A stretch of DNA of 64,000 bases, from NCBI GenBank assembly GCA_965219955.1, contig OZ244799.1, positions 416,001-480,000 of the forward strand, written 5' to 3'. A model generated the notes under the pieces. It had not been told where the DNA came from. It worked only from the letters and a program-made list of their open reading frames with translations, and made no database searches. The translations under genes were made by a program, and so were the position numbers. Within the stretch, counting starts at the first letter, position 1, and each line of letters begins with the position of its first letter. Shown in pieces: positions 49,178-60,654 of this stretch. The DNA comes from a bacterium. Its GTDB lineage: Bacteria > UBA8248.

Positions 49178-50452
49178 CTATGAACCAGCTTTTTCGCCGC
49201 AGATTGCAAGCGCAGCGGCGAGGTAGACTTTCGCCGCTGTCACCACGTCCTCGATCAAGACATGCTCGCCCACGGCGTGCATCAGCCCTTTCTCGGCGGC
49301 GTCTGGGTGCATCCGCCCGCCGGGGCCGTAGCAGACGCAGGGGATGCCGTAGCGGTTGAAATGCGTGGAATCGGCCGCGGGCCGCCTGATGACGGGTTTG
49401 GGTGCCTCTCCCGTCACCTCCCCGTGCGCCGCAAGCGCAGCTTGTACGAGAGGGGCGTCCGGGTCGAGCAGGGTGGGCGGGTCGTTCACGTAGAAGGTGA
49501 GCGAGGCCCGCCCGGCTTCATCCGCCGCCTCATCGAGCACGGCGCGCAGTTCGCGCTTGATGTCCTCGGTGTTCTGGCCCGGCACGGTGCGGATGTCGAG
49601 ATAAAGGCTCGCCTCGGCGGGGTTTCTCGAAAGCCGCCAGGGCCACCCGCCCCGGACGGCGGCTATCGTCACGTTGGGGTGTTCGCCCATGCAGGAGTGC
49701 CTGGCCTCGTAATCGGGGATCCAGCGCTCGATGGCGGCCTGAATCCCGTGGATCGCGCGCACGGCGTTCGTGACCCCCGGGCGGTTCGAGAACACGCTGT
49801 GGCTGATGGTGCCCCTCGCGGTGATCTTCGCCCACACGACGCCCATGTTCGCGTTCGAGACCTTGAGCCCCGTCGGCTCGGCGAGGATGGCGCAATCCGC
49901 CGTCTCGCCGTGCAGGATGAGGTGCCGCGTGCCCGTCCCGTAGCCGGAATAGGATTGGCCCTTGAACTCATCCACGGGCGCTTTTTCTATCTCGCCCACC
50001 ACGCCGGCCAGCGTGACGTCGCCGCGCAGGGCGACCTCCTCCCGGCAGATGGCCTCGAGGGCCGCCAGCGCGCCCGCAAGGCCGCTCTTCATGTTGTTGG
50101 CGCCGAGACCCCACAGCCAGCCGTCGCGGTGGACCGCCCTGGGCTTGAAGCCCTCGCCGCTCAGGTAGTCCTCATCCCCGTCATAGGAGGTATCCATGTG
50201 GCCCGTAAAGAGCAGGTTCATCCCGTCGCCCGCGCCCTCGCGCACGCCGATCGCGTTCGGCCTGCCGGGGTCGACCTCCTGCAAGCGGGTTTCAAGCCCT
50301 GCGGCCGACATGCGCTTGACAAGATAGCGCGCCATCTGCGCCTCTCCGCCCGTGGGACTGGGGATGTCCACCATGTCGGCGAGCAACTCGCGCACGGCGT
50401 CTTCGGTGAGGTGGCGCGCGCAGCGCTCGAAATCGGGGTGCGGCATCGGCAT
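49178..50452 (-). CDS. M20 family metallopeptidase/deacylase (ArgE/DapE-like)
   Basis: GHMDT, G.GA.NMKSG, GE, EPT and H...EH. Confidence 0.88.
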   Translation of the reverse strand: MPMPHPDFERCARHLTEDAVRELLADMVDIPSPTGGEAQMARYLVKRMSAAGLETRLQEVDPGRPNAIGVREGAGDGMNLLFTGHMDTSYDGDEDYLSGEGFKPRAVHRDGWLWGLGANNMKSGLAGALAALEAICREEVALRGDVTLAGVVGEIEKAPVDEFKGQSYSGYGTGTRHLILHGETADCAILAEPTGLKVSNANMGVVWAKITARGTISHSVFSNRPGVTNAVRAIHGIQAAIERWIPDYEARHSCMGEHPNVTIAAVRGGWPWRLSRNPAEASLYLDIRTVPGQNTEDIKRELRAVLDEAADEAGRASLTFYVNDPPTLLDPDAPLVQAALAAHGEVTGEAPKPVIRRPAADSTHFNRYGIPCVCYGPGGRMHPDAAEKGLMHAVGEHVLIEDVVTAAKVYLAAALAICGEKAGS

Positions 50453-50661
50453 TCATTCTCCCTGAACGTATCGGGTGCTCCAGCGTATCATGCGCGGGCC
50501 GGTTTCCGGTATCTCCGTTCACATCGAGGTACGCTTGTCTTTCGGCCGCATTCAGCCGGATTTCCCCTCTCGAACGGCCGGGCGGACTGCAGGAAGAACG
50601 TGCCGGCCCGAACGGCTGGAGGCAACACCTGCGGAACGGTTGACCTCCCTCCTCAGGGGAT

Positions 50662-51422
50662 AAAGGCAACCCCCCCTACCCCCCTTGTCAGGGGGCAAGA
50701 AAAAAAACCTCTACCGGCGGCGGGCGTCGCCTTTTCATACCACCCTCGTCGGGGTATTGCTTTTTTTACCCCCCTGACGAGGGGGGTAGGGGTCAAGGCG
50801 AGAGCCTGCGCCGCCGCCCGGTTTCGGATTTTGGCCGTCATTCCGACGAAAGAGGGCGGGGGTTTTGTAGGGACAGGTCGCGACCTGTCCCTACGGTGGA
50901 ATCAGGCCGGGGAGAGTCTGGCCGTCCTTTCACCTCGATCCGCAATGTTCCCGTAGGGGCGGCCCTCTGTGGCCGCCCGCATCGGATATGTTCATCCCTG
51001 TGCCTACGTTTCGCAAGGACAGGCACGGAGGCCTGTCCCTACGGCGAACCGGCCCCCACGCCGTCATTCCGGCGAAAGCCGGAATCCATTTTCGCCTTTG
51101 CCTTTTCGCTTTCTCGTTCGGATGTCTTTGCTCCCGGGCGGGGAGGATCGGAATCGAACACAAAAACGAAAGGCGAATCCTCTGGATTCCGCATCCGGAC
51201 GCCGCGCAAAAACAAGGTCGTGGCCGCCCGCCCGGTGAAAAGTCAAAATGGATTCCGGCTTTCGCCGGAATGACGGGGGAGGATTTGCGGTTTTCGTAGG
51301 GGCGGACCTGTGTGTCCGCCCAATCGCTCGGACGAAAACCCGGAAAACGGGAGCACACATAGTCAGACATATATGTCTGACCCCTACGCCGAACCACTCA
51401 ATTGGGTTTTTTCAACAACCCC
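50662..51422. repeat. Large repeat cluster: family C, GTAG REPs, family A doublet (51062-51275) and an IS-like right end
   Basis: Each module matches copies elsewhere in the window; ends with TTTTTTCAACAACCCC. Confidence 0.88.
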
Positions 51423-51542
51423 TTGCGCCGCGCCCTGGCCGGAGAGGGAAAAGTCACGAAGAACAACACGGCTGTCTTCAATCGTCGTTGCGCTGTTTCC
51501 GGGGAAGCGGGTTGATTGTTCGCCTGCAGGGAACTTTTTCGA

Positions 51543-53737
51543 CTAGCCGGTTTCTGAGTCGGTTTCGAAACGCCCGGCGAGCAGATAACGGTACAGCTTG
51601 ACGGCGAGCCGCTCTTCGTGCTCGTCCAGCCAGTGCTGTGCGGCCGGCGTCAGCACCATCGTCCGGCAGGGTTCGTCGGCGAGCACCGAGGTTGTTTTCC
51701 CGTCCGAAGAGTTGGCCGGCCAAATCGCATCGCCGGTGCTGTACTGGTGGATACGCGCGCCCGCGGAATCGTAGGCGGAAGCCCGGCCCGAAAGCAGCAG
51801 TTGTAAATCTGCACATGGCGCATCAGGTCCCGAGAGGGCTTCGCCGGCGGCGTACTGACGGGGGTCCAGCCAGTTCCCGAGTTCTTCCATCAGGTCCTCG
51901 AAATGAATCTGCCGCTCCAGATAGCTCTGCAGATCATCAGCAGTGAGCGCCAGCAGCGAGGCGCGCCGCTTGTCCGCCATGTCCGCGTCCGTCTTCCATG
52001 TCCCGATGACGATCTCCTCGCAGCGCTCGAGAGCGTGGTCCGCATTCGGTTCGATCAGCAACTCGGCGAATACCGGAGGTGGCAGGTTGCGTTCCAACCC
52101 GGCCCGCAATTGATCGGACAACGCACACAGAACCACAGGCACACCGGCGGCGTGCGCCGTCTGAAAGAACCTGGAAAAGACGTTCACCGCCGAGAAGTCG
52201 AAGCCCGAGACGGCGGCGAAGTCCAGCATGAGGCAGGCGGGACGTGAAGCGCCGCTCAGGGATTTCTTGAGATGATCGGCCAGAGGATAGACGCTGCCGA
52301 AGAAGGCGTACCCGCGCAGCCGGTAGGCATGCACGCGCTTGCCGTCGGCCAGCAGGATGGCCCGGTCGGGGATGGCCGGGTCTTGTTGCTTCTGTGCTCG
52401 CGCGCCGTGAAGCGGGATTCGATCAGGTTCACGCGGCTCAAGCGCACAACGAAGAACACGAGGGTGGCCAGCATCCCGGCGCCTACGCCCTCGATCAGTC
52501 CGAAAGAGATGATGACGACGAAGATCAGCACAATGATGCCGTATTCCGACCAGGGGAGCCGCTTGAAGCTTCTCAAGAGGCCTTCGTCTATCATGCCGGA
52601 GCCCGCAAAAAACAGAATTCCCCCGACGAGCGGTGTCGGGATCAGTTCCAGCATCCCGTCGCCAAGGAGCAATGCGCCACCGATGACGAGGGCGGCAACG
52701 ATGCCCGTCAGGCGAGTGGTGGCTCCGAGCAGCTTGCTGCGCAGCGAGGCGGGCACGATCGTGCATGCCACCGTGCCGCCGCCCAGGCCTGCGACCAGGC
52801 TCGCGAACCCGGCTGCCTTGAATTCCCGGTCCCAGTTCAGCTCGTGATTCGCGGCCAACTCGAGGCCGGCGAGATTCATGATCACGCAGATCAGGGCGAT
52901 CAGCAGGAGTGCCAGCATGTTGGGAGTCTGCAGGGCCATCGCGGCCCAATCCAGATGCGCCAGGTCGGCGATCCCCAGGACAGGCCACAGGCTCCCGTCT
53001 GCCGTGCTCTTGAACAGCAGACCGGCCGCTCTCGCTTCATCACCGGAAATGTCGAGGGTAGCCAGTACGAAGTGGTATGCGGCAACGGCAATCGCCACGC
53101 TCACAGGCAGGATCAGCGCGTTTCGCCAGCGCTTCATGGCGAGGTACAGAGCGATCCCATACGCTGCGCCCGGGCTCCACTTCCATAACGTGGCCGGCTC
53201 CAGAAGCGCCGGAATCATCCGCCAGTCCGGCTTTGCTCCCATCATGGACATGGCCGCAAGGCACACGGCAGCCCCGATGCCGGCCACGAATCCGCCCGCC
53301 ACCGGATACGGGATGAAGCGCACCAGGTTGGCGAGCCGGAAATGCCCGATGATGAGGCAGCAGACGCCGGTGGCCGTTGCGCTGAGTATGAGCGCCCCCG
53401 CCGTGGTGACGAACAGCGCATCGCCCCCGGCGTCCATCATGGAGCCGATCAGGGCCATGACGAGCACGAGCGCGGGAGAGAGCCCCGAAATCGCCCCTCG
53501 GTAGCCGCCCGCGAGGGCGATGACCAGGCAGGCGGCGAAGTTTCCGAACAAAACCAGACCGATGCCCTGGGAGGAATACGGGGCCAACGCTCCGGAGAAT
53601 ATGAAACTTCCGAAGGCGATCTGGGCGACGAGCAGGCCCAGGCCCGAGGTGAATCCGGCGAAAAGCGCCGGAACCGTCTTTTCCGATTGGATGTCCGCGC
53701 TAAGTTCGGACGCAATATCTCGGAACAAAAATTTCAC
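51543..53737 (-). pseudogene. SulP/SLC26 anion transporter with STAS and cNMP-binding domains, frameshifted
   Basis: The TM domain frame ends at SNKTR and the STAS (GYAFFGS, LDFAAVSGFDFSA) continues in another frame. The minus strand reads CGG CC ATC CCC at about 52375, i.e. one base missing. Confidence 0.8.
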
Positions 53738-53877
53738 CCTTTCAATCGCTCATAACCCAAGGGCGGCGTCGATTCTCTTTCTCCCTTAACGTAGAGAGGA
53801 CTCTAGCGTATCATGGGTGCGTTGCTTTCTTGTATCTCCATTAGAGTCGAGGTACACCCCTGAAACAAGCAAAAAGC

Positions 53878-55263
53878 ATGCGCGGATACGATTACACCCG
53901 GGGCTCGGTCGGCTGGGCCATCACGCGCCTCTCGGTGCCGATATGCGGCGAGCGCATCCTGCGCAATTTCGACGGCATCTTCGAGATTTACTGGCTCGGC
54001 CAAATGGGGGCGGACTCGCTGGCCGCGGCGTCTTTGGGCTTCATCGTCTTGTTGTTCATTCGCTCGGGGTCTTTCGGGCTGAGAATCGCGGGCCAGGCGC
54101 TCGTGGCCCAGCGCGTGGGCGCGGGCGATTCGGAGGGCGCTTCGATCATGGCCGGGCAGACCATTTTCCTGGTCGGGGTATTCAGCCTCATCGCCACGTT
54201 CCTGGGTCTTTGGTTCGCACCTCTCCTGATGGGCCTGATGACGCGCGACCCGGAACTCGCCGCCCTGGGCGTCATCTACATCCGTTCCGGTTTCGCCGTG
54301 CTGCTCGCCGTGGAGGCGATGTTCGTGGTCGGCCAGATATTGAGGGGAACCGGCGAGCCGGGCATCACCATCGCGGGCGTCGTCTCCTCGACCGTCTTGA
54401 CGCTCATCTTCATCCCGCTCCTCATGTTCGGCTGGGGCCCGGTTCCCGCGTTGGGGATAGCTGGCAGCTTCTTAGGCGTCGGCGTGGGGAGGCTTGGCGG
54501 TTTCCTGACGATGCTGGCCTTCATCGTGAAGGGAAAATCGAGGCTCACGCTCCGGTGGGCCGACCTGCGCCCGCGCGGCGCGGAGATCTCCCGCGTGACG
54601 AGCCTCGCCTGGCCCGCCATGGCGCAGAACCTGCTCGAGCGAAGCGCGCTGCTGCTCATGGTGCGGATGCTCTCGCCCTTCGGGGCGAGCGCCCTCGCGG
54701 CTTGGAGCATCGGCAACCGCGTGACGATGATCGCCCGGATGCCGAGCTTCGGCCTGCAAGCCTCCGTGCGCACGCTGGTGGGCCAGAACCTGGGGGCCGG
54801 CAAGCCGGAACGCGTGACGCGCACGGTATGGCTCGCCGTCGCCGCCCTGGGCGTCCTGATGACGGCGGTGAGCGTCTGGTTGTTCGCCTGGGCGGGGGAG
54901 ATCGTCTCGTTTTTCGGCATGGAGGGGAACGCCACGGCCGTCATGGCGCTCAGGATTCTGTGCGCCGGGCTGCTGATGGAATCCGTCCGCCGGGTGATGG
55001 CGGGCGCGTTCCAGGGCGCCTCGCGCTCGAAGCCGCCCATGCTGGTGGAGGGCGTCGTCCGATGGGGGGTGCAGATTCCCGCCGCGTATGTGCTCTCCTA
55101 CAGCCTCGCCGTGGGCGCGGGCGGCGTATGGTGGGCGGTGAGCGGGGGCCAGATACTGAGCGGGGTGCTCCTGTTCGCGTGGTTTTTGCACTGGTCGAGG
55201 AGCGGGGACATCCTGGGGTTCATGGGCGCCGGGGGTTTGAAATCGGCGCGCGAATCCACGTAA
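53878..55263 (+). CDS. MATE family efflux transporter
   Basis: About 12 TM; LVAQRVGAG, ILRGTG, LGIAG and LVGQNLGAG. Confidence 0.9.
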   Translation: MRGYDYTRGSVGWAITRLSVPICGERILRNFDGIFEIYWLGQMGADSLAAASLGFIVLLFIRSGSFGLRIAGQALVAQRVGAGDSEGASIMAGQTIFLVGVFSLIATFLGLWFAPLLMGLMTRDPELAALGVIYIRSGFAVLLAVEAMFVVGQILRGTGEPGITIAGVVSSTVLTLIFIPLLMFGWGPVPALGIAGSFLGVGVGRLGGFLTMLAFIVKGKSRLTLRWADLRPRGAEISRVTSLAWPAMAQNLLERSALLLMVRMLSPFGASALAAWSIGNRVTMIARMPSFGLQASVRTLVGQNLGAGKPERVTRTVWLAVAALGVLMTAVSVWLFAWAGEIVSFFGMEGNATAVMALRILCAGLLMESVRRVMAGAFQGASRSKPPMLVEGVVRWGVQIPAAYVLSYSLAVGAGGVWWAVSGGQILSGVLLFAWFLHWSRSGDILGFMGAGGLKSAREST

Positions 55264-55372
55264 TCTTTCTGCGCCGCTTTGGATGATCTCTTGATTGTTT
55301 TATGAGATATGGTGTGGCCTGCGGAGCGCGCGCCTCTGCGCGAAGAGTCCCCGCCGGAGGAGGTTTTCGGGA

Positions 55373-55768
55373 ATGAACAGGGTGTTGGCGGCGGGGCTTT
55401 TTCTCATTGCGGGATTCGGGTTGCTCGTGACCCTGACGAAAAGACCCGAGCCCCCGAGGCATCCGCAGGTGCCCGTGACCGAGGATATGGCCCGAATCAA
55501 CCAGGGGAAGAAGCTGTTCTCGCGCAACTGCATGCGCTGCCACGGGCCCGAAGCGAAGGGCTCGCGAATCGGCCCGCCGCTGGTGCACAAGATTTACGAG
55601 CCCTCCCATCACGGGGACGCCGCCTTCTTCATGGCCGTCTCGCGCGGGGTGAAGAGCCACCACTGGAAGTTCGGCGACATGCAGCCCGTGCCGGGCGTGA
55701 AACCCGAAGAGGTGGCTTTGATCGTCGGGTACGTGCGCTGGCTGCAGAGAAAGGCCGGAATCTTTTAG
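55373..55768 (+). CDS. Membrane-anchored or periplasmic monoheme cytochrome c
   Basis: CMRCHG, GPPLVHKIYEPSHHGD and HHWKFGDM. Confidence 0.88.
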   Translation: MNRVLAAGLFLIAGFGLLVTLTKRPEPPRHPQVPVTEDMARINQGKKLFSRNCMRCHGPEAKGSRIGPPLVHKIYEPSHHGDAAFFMAVSRGVKSHHWKFGDMQPVPGVKPEEVALIVGYVRWLQRKAGIF

Positions 55769-55789
55769 AGGCCCGGGAGACGACATTCG

Positions 55790-57130
55790 GTGAATGAGCA
55801 AGACAAGCTGCATGAGTTGCGGAGAAAACGCTTAAGACGCATGGTCGCCCTGTGCGGACGCGCGCACCCGTTCTACAAGCGCCGCTTCGCGGAGGCGAAC
55901 CTGATCCCCGAGGCGGTCAAGGAACTGGACGACCTCCAGAAAATCCCCCTGACGAAGAAAGAGGACTTCATGGCGGCGCCCGAGGATTTCAGCCTCGACC
56001 CCGCCTGGCTGCCCGAGCTTCCCTTCGAGGAGCGCACGATGTGGAACGTGGCCTACACCACGGGCACCACGAGCGGGCGGCCGTCTCCTTTCTTCAACAC
56101 CACGCACGACCAGTACCACATCATGCTCCAGGCGCGGGTGTGCAACGAGGCGGAGGGCTTAAGGACGGGCGACGTCATCGCGAACCTCTACCCGCTCTCG
56201 CCCATGCCGCTGGGAGGATTCCTGTGCTGCGTGCGCTCCGCGGAAATCATGGGGCTTCCCGTGGTGAGCGCGCTCACGGGCAGCCCGCATCCCGAATACC
56301 CCGTGCGGCGCTCGCTCGATGAGGCGATTGAAGTGGTGGCCGATTCGGGCGCCACCGTCATCTGGGGTGTGCCGAGTTTCGTCCGCCGCTTTTTACGGAG
56401 GGCGCGCGAGCGCGGCGCCAAGCTCGACCGCGCGCGCATGGTGCTCACCACGGGCGAGGCCGTGAGCGACGCCCTGCGCGAGGAGTATATGGACCACCTG
56501 CGCTGGTTCGGGGCGGACGAGCCCCAGGTGCGCGTTCGCTACGCGGCGACGGAGATGCAGGGCGGCCTCGTGCAGTGCGCGAACGACGCGATGCCGCACA
56601 ACGTGGTGCCCGAACTCTACCTGCTCGAAGTGGTGGACCCAGAATCCGGCGAGCGCGTGCCCGAGGGGGAGGAGGGGGTCATCGCCCTCACGCACCTGCA
56701 TCGCCGCGGCACGGTGTTCCTGCGCTACCTCATCGGCGACTTGATTGCGCTTAGATGGGAGCCGTGCCCGCACTGCGGGCGGGTGGGGGAGCGGGTCGTG
56801 CGACTGCCTCGCAGGACGGGCGATCTGCTCAAGGTGCGCGGGATGCTCATGAACCCCGATATCATCATCGACCTCCTGGCGAAAGAACGCGCGATCAGGG
56901 AGTTTCAGATCCGCGTCCGCAAGTCTGCGCCCGGGGATTCAGATTCGATGGATGAGATGATCATCCGCCTCGAAGCCGAGGAAGCCGAACGCGAGCGGCT
57001 CGGCGCTTCCCTGCCGGACAGGGTGCGCGGAGCGGTGATGATACGGCCGGTGCTCGAATTCGTGGCCCCGGGCGTGATCCACGACCCGATGCGCGACGTG
57101 AAGGCCCGCCGGCTCGTCGATGAGCGGTGA
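55790..57130 (+). CDS. Phenylacetate-CoA ligase family (PaaK-like) adenylating enzyme
   Basis: IPLT.K, TTGTTSGRP, GE, YAATE and RYLIGD. Confidence 0.85.
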   Translation: MNEQDKLHELRRKRLRRMVALCGRAHPFYKRRFAEANLIPEAVKELDDLQKIPLTKKEDFMAAPEDFSLDPAWLPELPFEERTMWNVAYTTGTTSGRPSPFFNTTHDQYHIMLQARVCNEAEGLRTGDVIANLYPLSPMPLGGFLCCVRSAEIMGLPVVSALTGSPHPEYPVRRSLDEAIEVVADSGATVIWGVPSFVRRFLRRARERGAKLDRARMVLTTGEAVSDALREEYMDHLRWFGADEPQVRVRYAATEMQGGLVQCANDAMPHNVVPELYLLEVVDPESGERVPEGEEGVIALTHLHRRGTVFLRYLIGDLIALRWEPCPHCGRVGERVVRLPRRTGDLLKVRGMLMNPDIIIDLLAKERAIREFQIRVRKSAPGDSDSMDEMIIRLEAEEAERERLGASLPDRVRGAVMIRPVLEFVAPGVIHDPMRDVKARRLVDER

Positions 57131-57150
57131 GGTCAATCGCGACCGAAGAA

Positions 57151-57399
57151 GGGGTTGTTGAAAAAGTCCCTCCAGGGGATTGTTGACTCCCCCGATCGAG
57201 AGCGTTCACCGTCATTCCGGCGAAAGCCGGAATCCATTTTTTGCCTTTTATTTTCTGATTGTCTCCCGCCGATGAGGGGGAGATGAAAAGCCGGAGCATA
57301 GCAATTCTGCTTCACAATGGATTCCGGCTTTCGCCGGAATGACAAACCAAAAAACGCATAGACCGTCATTGGTAGGGACAGGTCGCGACCTGTCCCTAC
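57151..57399. repeat. IS-like left end, family A doublet (57210-57343) and GTAG palindrome
   Basis: GGGGTTGTTGAAAAAG; GTAGGGACAGGTCGCGACCTGTCCCTAC is identical to the unit at 50867. Confidence 0.85.
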
Positions 57400-57449
57400 G
57401 AAACCGCAAGGGCTCCTCCCGCATCGGTCGGTATTGACCCACCACCCAC

Positions 57450-57875
57450 CTACCAGGCGAAGTTTCCCGCATCATCCAGCGGCGAGAAGGGGTTAAAGGC
57501 GACTTCCCAGAGATGACCGTCCGGATCCTGGAAGTATCCCGAATGGCCGCCCCAGAAGACGTCCTGCGCCTGCTTGACGATGACGCCGCCTGCGCGCTCG
57601 GCTTCGGCGAGCGCCTCGGCGACTTCCTCGCGTGTGCGGACGTTGTAGGCCAGGGTGACCGCGCCGGTCGCCTCGCCGCTGCCGGCCCCAGGGCCTATAT
57701 CCTCGATGAGTTTGTCGCGGGGATACAGCGCGAAACCGATGCCGTTCAGCGTGAAGCAGACGATGGAACCGGCGTTCTCCTCGCTCGCAACGCGCCAGCC
57801 GAGCGCCTCGTAGAACGCGCGCGCACGCGGAAGGTCGTCAACGCCCAGGGTGACGATGCTGAGGCGCTGGTCCAT
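57450..57875 (-). CDS. VOC family protein
   Basis: TLGV.DL..A.AFYEALGW and FWGGHSGYF.DPDGHLWEV. Confidence 0.92.
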   Translation of the reverse strand: MDQRLSIVTLGVDDLPRARAFYEALGWRVASEENAGSIVCFTLNGIGFALYPRDKLIEDIGPGAGSGEATGAVTLAYNVRTREEVAEALAEAERAGGVIVKQAQDVFWGGHSGYFQDPDGHLWEVAFNPFSPLDDAGNFAW

Positions 57876-57941
57876 ATCGTCTCCTCCCGGGTCTGCGCTG
57901 TTTCAGTCGGGAAATTCGGCGGGGGATTCTCGGTGGAGCGG

Positions 57942-58646
57942 TTAGACGCCGAGGTACCGCATGCGGGTTTCCTGGTCTTCGAGCAGGTCGGCGGAGGCGC
58001 CTTCCCACTGGATGACGCCCTTTTCGATCAGGTAGGCGCGCCTGGTGATGCTGAGCGCCATGCGGAAGTTCTGCTCCACGAGCAGGATGGCGATGCCTTT
58101 TTTCTGGATCTCCACCAGCACGTTCTCGATGGTCTCGACGTAGGCTGGCATCAGGCCCTCGGTGGGCTCGTCCACCATGATGAGCTTGGGTTCCGTGCCG
58201 AGGCCGCGCGCCATGGTAAGCATCTGCTGCTCGCCGCCGCTCAACTGGTTCCCCTTGTTGTTGATGCGCTCCTTGAGTCTCGGGAAGAGGGAGAAAATCC
58301 AGTCGAGATGCGCGTCCAGGTCCTTGGCGCCGTCGATGGGGATGCGGCTGATCTTGAGGTTTTCATACACGGTGAGGTTGGTGAACACCTGGCGGTCCTC
58401 GGGGATCCAGGAAACCCCCGCGAGCGAGACGGTGTGCGCCTCCGCCTGGGTGATGTCGGTTCCCTCCATGGTGATTTTGCCGCTCCGGGGCGTCAGAAGC
58501 CCCATGATCGTCTTCATGGTGGTGGATTTGCCCGCCCCGTTCCTGCCGAGGAAGGCCACCGCCTCGCCTTCGCCGACTTGAAGGCTCAAGTCGTGAAGCA
58601 CGTGGCTCAGGCCGTAAAACGTGTTGATGGAATCTACTTCGAGCAT
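57942..58646 (-). CDS. livF: LIV-type ABC ATPase
   Basis: GRNGAGKST, LSGGEQQM and DEPTEGL. Confidence 0.85.
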   Translation of the reverse strand: MLEVDSINTFYGLSHVLHDLSLQVGEGEAVAFLGRNGAGKSTTMKTIMGLLTPRSGKITMEGTDITQAEAHTVSLAGVSWIPEDRQVFTNLTVYENLKISRIPIDGAKDLDAHLDWIFSLFPRLKERINNKGNQLSGGEQQMLTMARGLGTEPKLIMVDEPTEGLMPAYVETIENVLVEIQKKGIAILLVEQNFRMALSITRRAYLIEKGVIQWEGASADLLEDQETRMRYLGV

Positions 58647-59380
58647 TATTCCCTCAGATATACGCGCTGGACTTCTGCGTTCGCGCGAACTTCCTCCACC
58701 GTGCCCTCGGCGAGAAAGGCGCCGTTGTGCAGCACGGTGATTTTGTCCGAAATGCCCAGCACCACTTCCATGTCATGCTCCACGAGCACGACGGTGAGCG
58801 GATCGGCCAGGCCCTTGATGAACTCACCCGTCTGAATCGTCTCCTCGGGGCTCATGCCCGCTGTCGGCTCATCCAGCAGGAGCAGCTTGGGGTCGGTGGC
58901 GAGCGCGATTCCGATTTCGAGATAGCGCTGCTCGCCGTGTGCGAGCGTACCGGCGAGTTCATTTCGCTTTTCCGTCAGATTGATGCGCTCGATAATCTCG
59001 TCCGCCCTTCCGATCAACTCCTTGTGGCTCGGCACGGTCGACCACAGGTTGAACGTCATCTTGCGAGATTGCGCGGCGATGCGGATGTTCTCCAGCACGC
59101 TCAGCTTGGGGAAGATGTTGGTGATCTGGTAGGTGCGGCCTATCCCCAGGTGGGAACGCTCATGGGCGGGCACCTCCGAGACGTCCGTGCCGTCGAAGAT
59201 GACCTGCCCCGAAGTAGGCAGCAGATCGCCCGCGATCATGTTGAAGAAGGTCGTCTTGCCCGCGCCGTTCGGGCCGATGATGGAGCGCAGCTCGCCGGAA
59301 TCGACCGAATAGTCCACGCTGTCCACGGCGACGAGGGCGTCGAAGTGCTTGCTCAGGCTTTTCGTTTCCAGAATAGGCAT
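58646..59380 (-). CDS. livG: LIV-type ABC ATPase
   Basis: GPNGAGKTT, DEPTAGM and VEHDM. Confidence 0.85.
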   Translation of the reverse strand: MPILETKSLSKHFDALVAVDSVDYSVDSGELRSIIGPNGAGKTTFFNMIAGDLLPTSGQVIFDGTDVSEVPAHERSHLGIGRTYQITNIFPKLSVLENIRIAAQSRKMTFNLWSTVPSHKELIGRADEIIERINLTEKRNELAGTLAHGEQRYLEIGIALATDPKLLLLDEPTAGMSPEETIQTGEFIKGLADPLTVVLVEHDMEVVLGISDKITVLHNGAFLAEGTVEEVRANAEVQRVYLRE

Positions 59381-59392
59381 TTTGTCTTTCCG

Positions 59393-60622
59393 TTATTCGG
59401 CTTCGGTTGCCGCCTCGTCCTCGGCGTTTTTCGCCAGAACTTCCGCCACGGCTTTTCTGTTCAACAATTTCTTCTCGCGGTATTCGAGCGTCATGTTGCG
59501 GATGGTGCCCAGAATGCCCGAGGGCACGAAGAGCACGATCAGCACGAAGATGCCGCCCACCCACGCTTCCCAGTACTGGAAGATGGCGAGGTATTTTACG
59601 AATTCCACGCTCATCAACTGCCGCAGGTACCAGTAGATGAACGAACCCACCGCCGGCCCCAGGAAGGTGCCCGCGCCGCCGAAGAGGGTGATGATGACGA
59701 TCTGCCCCGAGGTGATGAAGTGGATGTTCTCGATGGGGACCGTCTCGCCGTAGATGATCGCCAGCGCGCCCGCGACTCCCGAGACGGCCCCGCTCATCGT
59801 GAACGCCATGAGCCGAACCTTCGCCACGTTGTAGCCGCAGATGCGCGCGCGGTTCTCGTTCTCGCGGACTGCTCTGAGCACGTGGCCGAACGGTGAGCGC
59901 AGCACCTGCCAGATGGCGGCGATGAAGACGACGCTCACAATGAAGACGAAGTAATAGGTGATGTTCGCGTCCATGATGCCCACCCGGAGGTCGATGGAGC
60001 CCAGCCGCATGTTCTCGAGACCCCCCAGCCCGTCCGTCCCGCCCGTGAGGTCGTCGAACGTCTGCGCGGAGTAGTAGAAGATCATGCTGATCGAGAGCGT
60101 GACCATGGCGAAGTACACGCCGCGCTTCGTGCTGCAGATGGTGCCGATGAGCCAGGCGACGAAGGTGGATACGATGATGCAGGTGATCAGCGAGATTTCC
60201 AGGGGCAGCACCTTGAAGGCGCTGACCATCCAGTCCGGGGCGTATGTGCCGGGCTTGATCCAGGCGTGCATGATGCCCACGGTGTAGCCGCCCACGCCGA
60301 AGAAGGCGCAGTGGCCGAGACTGAGCATCCCCGTGTTGCCGAGCAGGATGTTGAAGGCGACGCCGAACAGCGTGTAGATGAGAATCTGGATCATCAGCGG
60401 CGTGCTCGGCACGAAGCCGCGAATTTCCGCGACGATCTCTGCGGTCGCCTCCCAGTCGTTGTCCTCGAGCCAGATGATCGAATCGTTGAGGGTACTGAAG
60501 AAAAACGGGTACACCAGCAGGAGACCGGCGAGTATCAGTATCCCGTAGTTGTCGAAGACTTCCGAGATCCAGGCCCAGAATTCCTTGGGCGTGAATCGGT
60601 TGTTTGGAGCTGCAGAGTCCAC
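59393..60622 (-). CDS. livM: LIV-type ABC permease
   Basis: G..GMLSLGH, GVYFAMVTL, TGGTDG and AVRENE.RA. Confidence 0.85.
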   Translation of the reverse strand: MDSAAPNNRFTPKEFWAWISEVFDNYGILILAGLLLVYPFFFSTLNDSIIWLEDNDWEATAEIVAEIRGFVPSTPLMIQILIYTLFGVAFNILLGNTGMLSLGHCAFFGVGGYTVGIMHAWIKPGTYAPDWMVSAFKVLPLEISLITCIIVSTFVAWLIGTICSTKRGVYFAMVTLSISMIFYYSAQTFDDLTGGTDGLGGLENMRLGSIDLRVGIMDANITYYFVFIVSVVFIAAIWQVLRSPFGHVLRAVRENENRARICGYNVAKVRLMAFTMSGAVSGVAGALAIIYGETVPIENIHFITSGQIVIITLFGGAGTFLGPAVGSFIYWYLRQLMSVEFVKYLAIFQYWEAWVGGIFVLIVLFVPSGILGTIRNMTLEYREKKLLNRKAVAEVLAKNAEDEAATEAE

Positions 60623-60654
60623 TTTAGCAATCTCTCCCGAGACGAATCGGATTT

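Noticed and set aside
50662-51422. Possible CRISPR array in the repeat clusters
   Set aside because: The repeats are inverted pairs of mixed families, not direct repeats with regular unique spacers, and there are no cas genes.
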